DNA from: Nitrosopumilus sp.
GTDB taxonomy: Archaea > Thermoproteota > Nitrososphaeria > Nitrososphaerales > Nitrosopumilaceae
Assembly: GCA_965223425.1 (NCBI GenBank)
Contig: OZ245003.1
Span: 256,001-320,000, forward strand
Length of the DNA: 64,000 nt
Direction of reading: 5' to 3'
The notes below the pieces were generated by a model, which worked only from the letters and a program-made list of their open reading frames with translations, did no database searches and was not told the origin of the DNA. Shown here one piece after another: positions 62,456 through 64,000 of the stretch (the stretch's first letter is position 1; every line of letters starts with the position of its first letter). Both the position numbers and the translations under genes were made by a program.

Positions 62456-63355
62456 ATGGGATATTTCAGGAGTGTTGCGGGCAGGTGGCTTCGCCGACAT
62501 AAGCGTGTTCACGAGCACTACAGACGAAACGTGTTCCGGAGAATGACTGCACGTTGGAGGGTACTTCCTGATTTTGTCATCATTGGGGCACAAAAGTCCG
62601 GAACCACCTCGCTGTATAACTTTCTCATCAGACATCCAGCAATTGCTGCTGCCTCTGAAAAGGAGATCGAATATTTTTCCACACGACACAAACATGGTGA
62701 GTTGTGGTATCGTTCTAATTTTCCAATCAACATGTCAGGACATTGCTCTTTCAAAAAAAAAAAACAAACAAACAAACCGAAGCGCCTCACGGGAGAAGCC
62801 AGTCCGAAGTATCTTTTTTACCCCACGGTTCCAGACCGGATGAAGAGTCTTTTGCCGGATGTAAAACTGATTGCGATCCTGCGCAACCCCGTGGATCGCG
62901 CATATTCCCACTATCATCACTACGTGAGAGACAATATCGAGTCGCTGTCGTTTGAGGATGCCATCAGTACAGAGGAAGAACGGTGTGCTGGGGGGGGGGA
63001 GCAGTTGATCAAGGATCCGGATTCTGATCCCTGCCACTACAGACGCTATTCATATCTTGCCCGAGGTCGCTACGCCGAGCAGCTAGAAAACTGGTTCAGG
63101 TACTACGGCAGGGAGCAGTTTTTGATCCTGACCACAGAGGAATTTTACGAGGATCCACAACGGATTTTGGATCAAGCATCTGCTTTCTTGGGACTGCCCC
63201 CTCACCCATTTCAGGCAATGGGTCTAAGGAATCTCAACGTTGGAGACTACAAAGAGATGAGTGCCGATACGCGTAAATTCCTAGTCGAGTACTTCAAGTC
63301 TCACAACGAAAGGCTGGCCAAGCTGTTACGATGCAGTTTTGATTGGGACAGGTAA
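62456..63355 (+). CDS. Sulfotransferase, copy 3
   Basis: LPDFVIIGAQKSGTTSLY, KEIEYF, LRNPVDRAYSHY. Confidence 0.9.
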   Translation: MGYFRSVAGRWLRRHKRVHEHYRRNVFRRMTARWRVLPDFVIIGAQKSGTTSLYNFLIRHPAIAAASEKEIEYFSTRHKHGELWYRSNFPINMSGHCSFKKKKQTNKPKRLTGEASPKYLFYPTVPDRMKSLLPDVKLIAILRNPVDRAYSHYHHYVRDNIESLSFEDAISTEEERCAGGGEQLIKDPDSDPCHYRRYSYLARGRYAEQLENWFRYYGREQFLILTTEEFYEDPQRILDQASAFLGLPPHPFQAMGLRNLNVGDYKEMSADTRKFLVEYFKSHNERLAKLLRCSFDWDR

Positions 63356-63437
63356 ATGAGCCAGCAACGTCACTGCAATAGATCTTGTGCGTATTTGATC
63401 AAAAAATAAGGTATGAGTTTAGGTAGCCACTATCCAT

Positions 63438-63536
63438 AGACCTTATGCGTAATCGATCAAACTAATATTGCTAGATGATTCTTGTCTTAGCAAACCAATT
63501 TGATTTTGAATTTTTAGTCGATTGCGCATAAGGTCT
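63438..63536. mobile_element. 99-bp MITE of the ISL2-like IS5 family
   Basis: TIR agaccttatgcgtaatcga (18/19); 3-bp TSD cat. Confidence 0.85.
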
Positions 63537-63742
63537 CATGTACCATCTTTATAAGAATTCCCAACATTTTTCATCCTGACAGGTACGGCACAAGCTAGAA
63601 TTATTTCCAGACCGCAAAGGCCCAAGACAGCAAAGAAGCAAACAGTTATCCATCCGAGGCAACCACGGAGGCAATCCCTCAGCATCATTCTCCATTCTTT
63701 TATCAGGCTATAATGCAATTACAAGGCGAGGCATACAAACTA

Positions 63743-64000
63743 CTACTGGGTCTGTCCCTCAACGAGTTCATCGCAATTGACATCCTGACTGTAATTTGTA
63801 ACAAACGCCCTTCTCTCCTTGAGCATCCGGTAAATGACTCGCAGCAGCTTTGAGGCAGCTGCTGCTACTACTGATGCCCGTCCCTTGCCTCTCTTCTTTG
63901 CAAGCCTCTTGTAGAATATCAAAATGTCAGACTCGGGTGCATACCTTACATGTGACAAAACACACTCTGTCAGAACCTGTCCTGTGGCGTACCGTGTTGT
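63743..64000 (-). pseudogene. IS110-family transposase 3' fragment (runs off the window)
   Basis: FYKRLAKKRGKGRA..AAASKLLRVIYRMLK. Confidence 0.7.

Noticed and set aside
62071-63410. 27-bp repeat after sulfotransferases as integron attC or cassette sites
   Set aside because: It matches the ISL2-like TIR family (compare 671 and 63438); no attC hairpin or integrase is present.

Overview
The window looks like a Nitrosopumilaceae (ammonia-oxidising Thaumarchaeota) chromosome segment. The extreme load of degraded IS elements and the sulfotransferase expansion suggest a host-associated symbiont; that lifestyle is inference. Core blocks: cdc48-rpl2-acyP, SRP RNA-ttuA/ncsA-site-2 protease, and cutA-pelota-yjbQ-DtxR-TrmB-tes. 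These alternate with accessory blocks: (i) an IS6-type cargo transposon splitting a USP gene; (ii) an AT-rich ureohydrolase/SSS transporter/His-tailed chaperonin/UreA-like/Ni-permease cluster beside a collapsed ureC relic; (iii) an IS/TA island between acyP and SRP RNA; (iv) Fic plus a TnpB gene bounded by IS6-like inverted repeats; (v) triple-nested ISs plus a defence-like block (GHKL ATPase with an AbiEi-like tail plus AbiEii, TIR, SAP) between ~170-bp direct repeats; (vi) a glycosyltransferase/sulfotransferase island with long G tracts. The most unusual signal is four unrelated sites where 35-39 bp of local sequence is duplicated around a foreign filler. The periods are 73, 73, 71 and 84 bp, which is CRISPR repeat-spacer-repeat geometry at non-CRISPR sites, and one filler is copied from a nearby IS. 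No cas gene is present in the window. All family calls come from motif reading by eye, not database searches.
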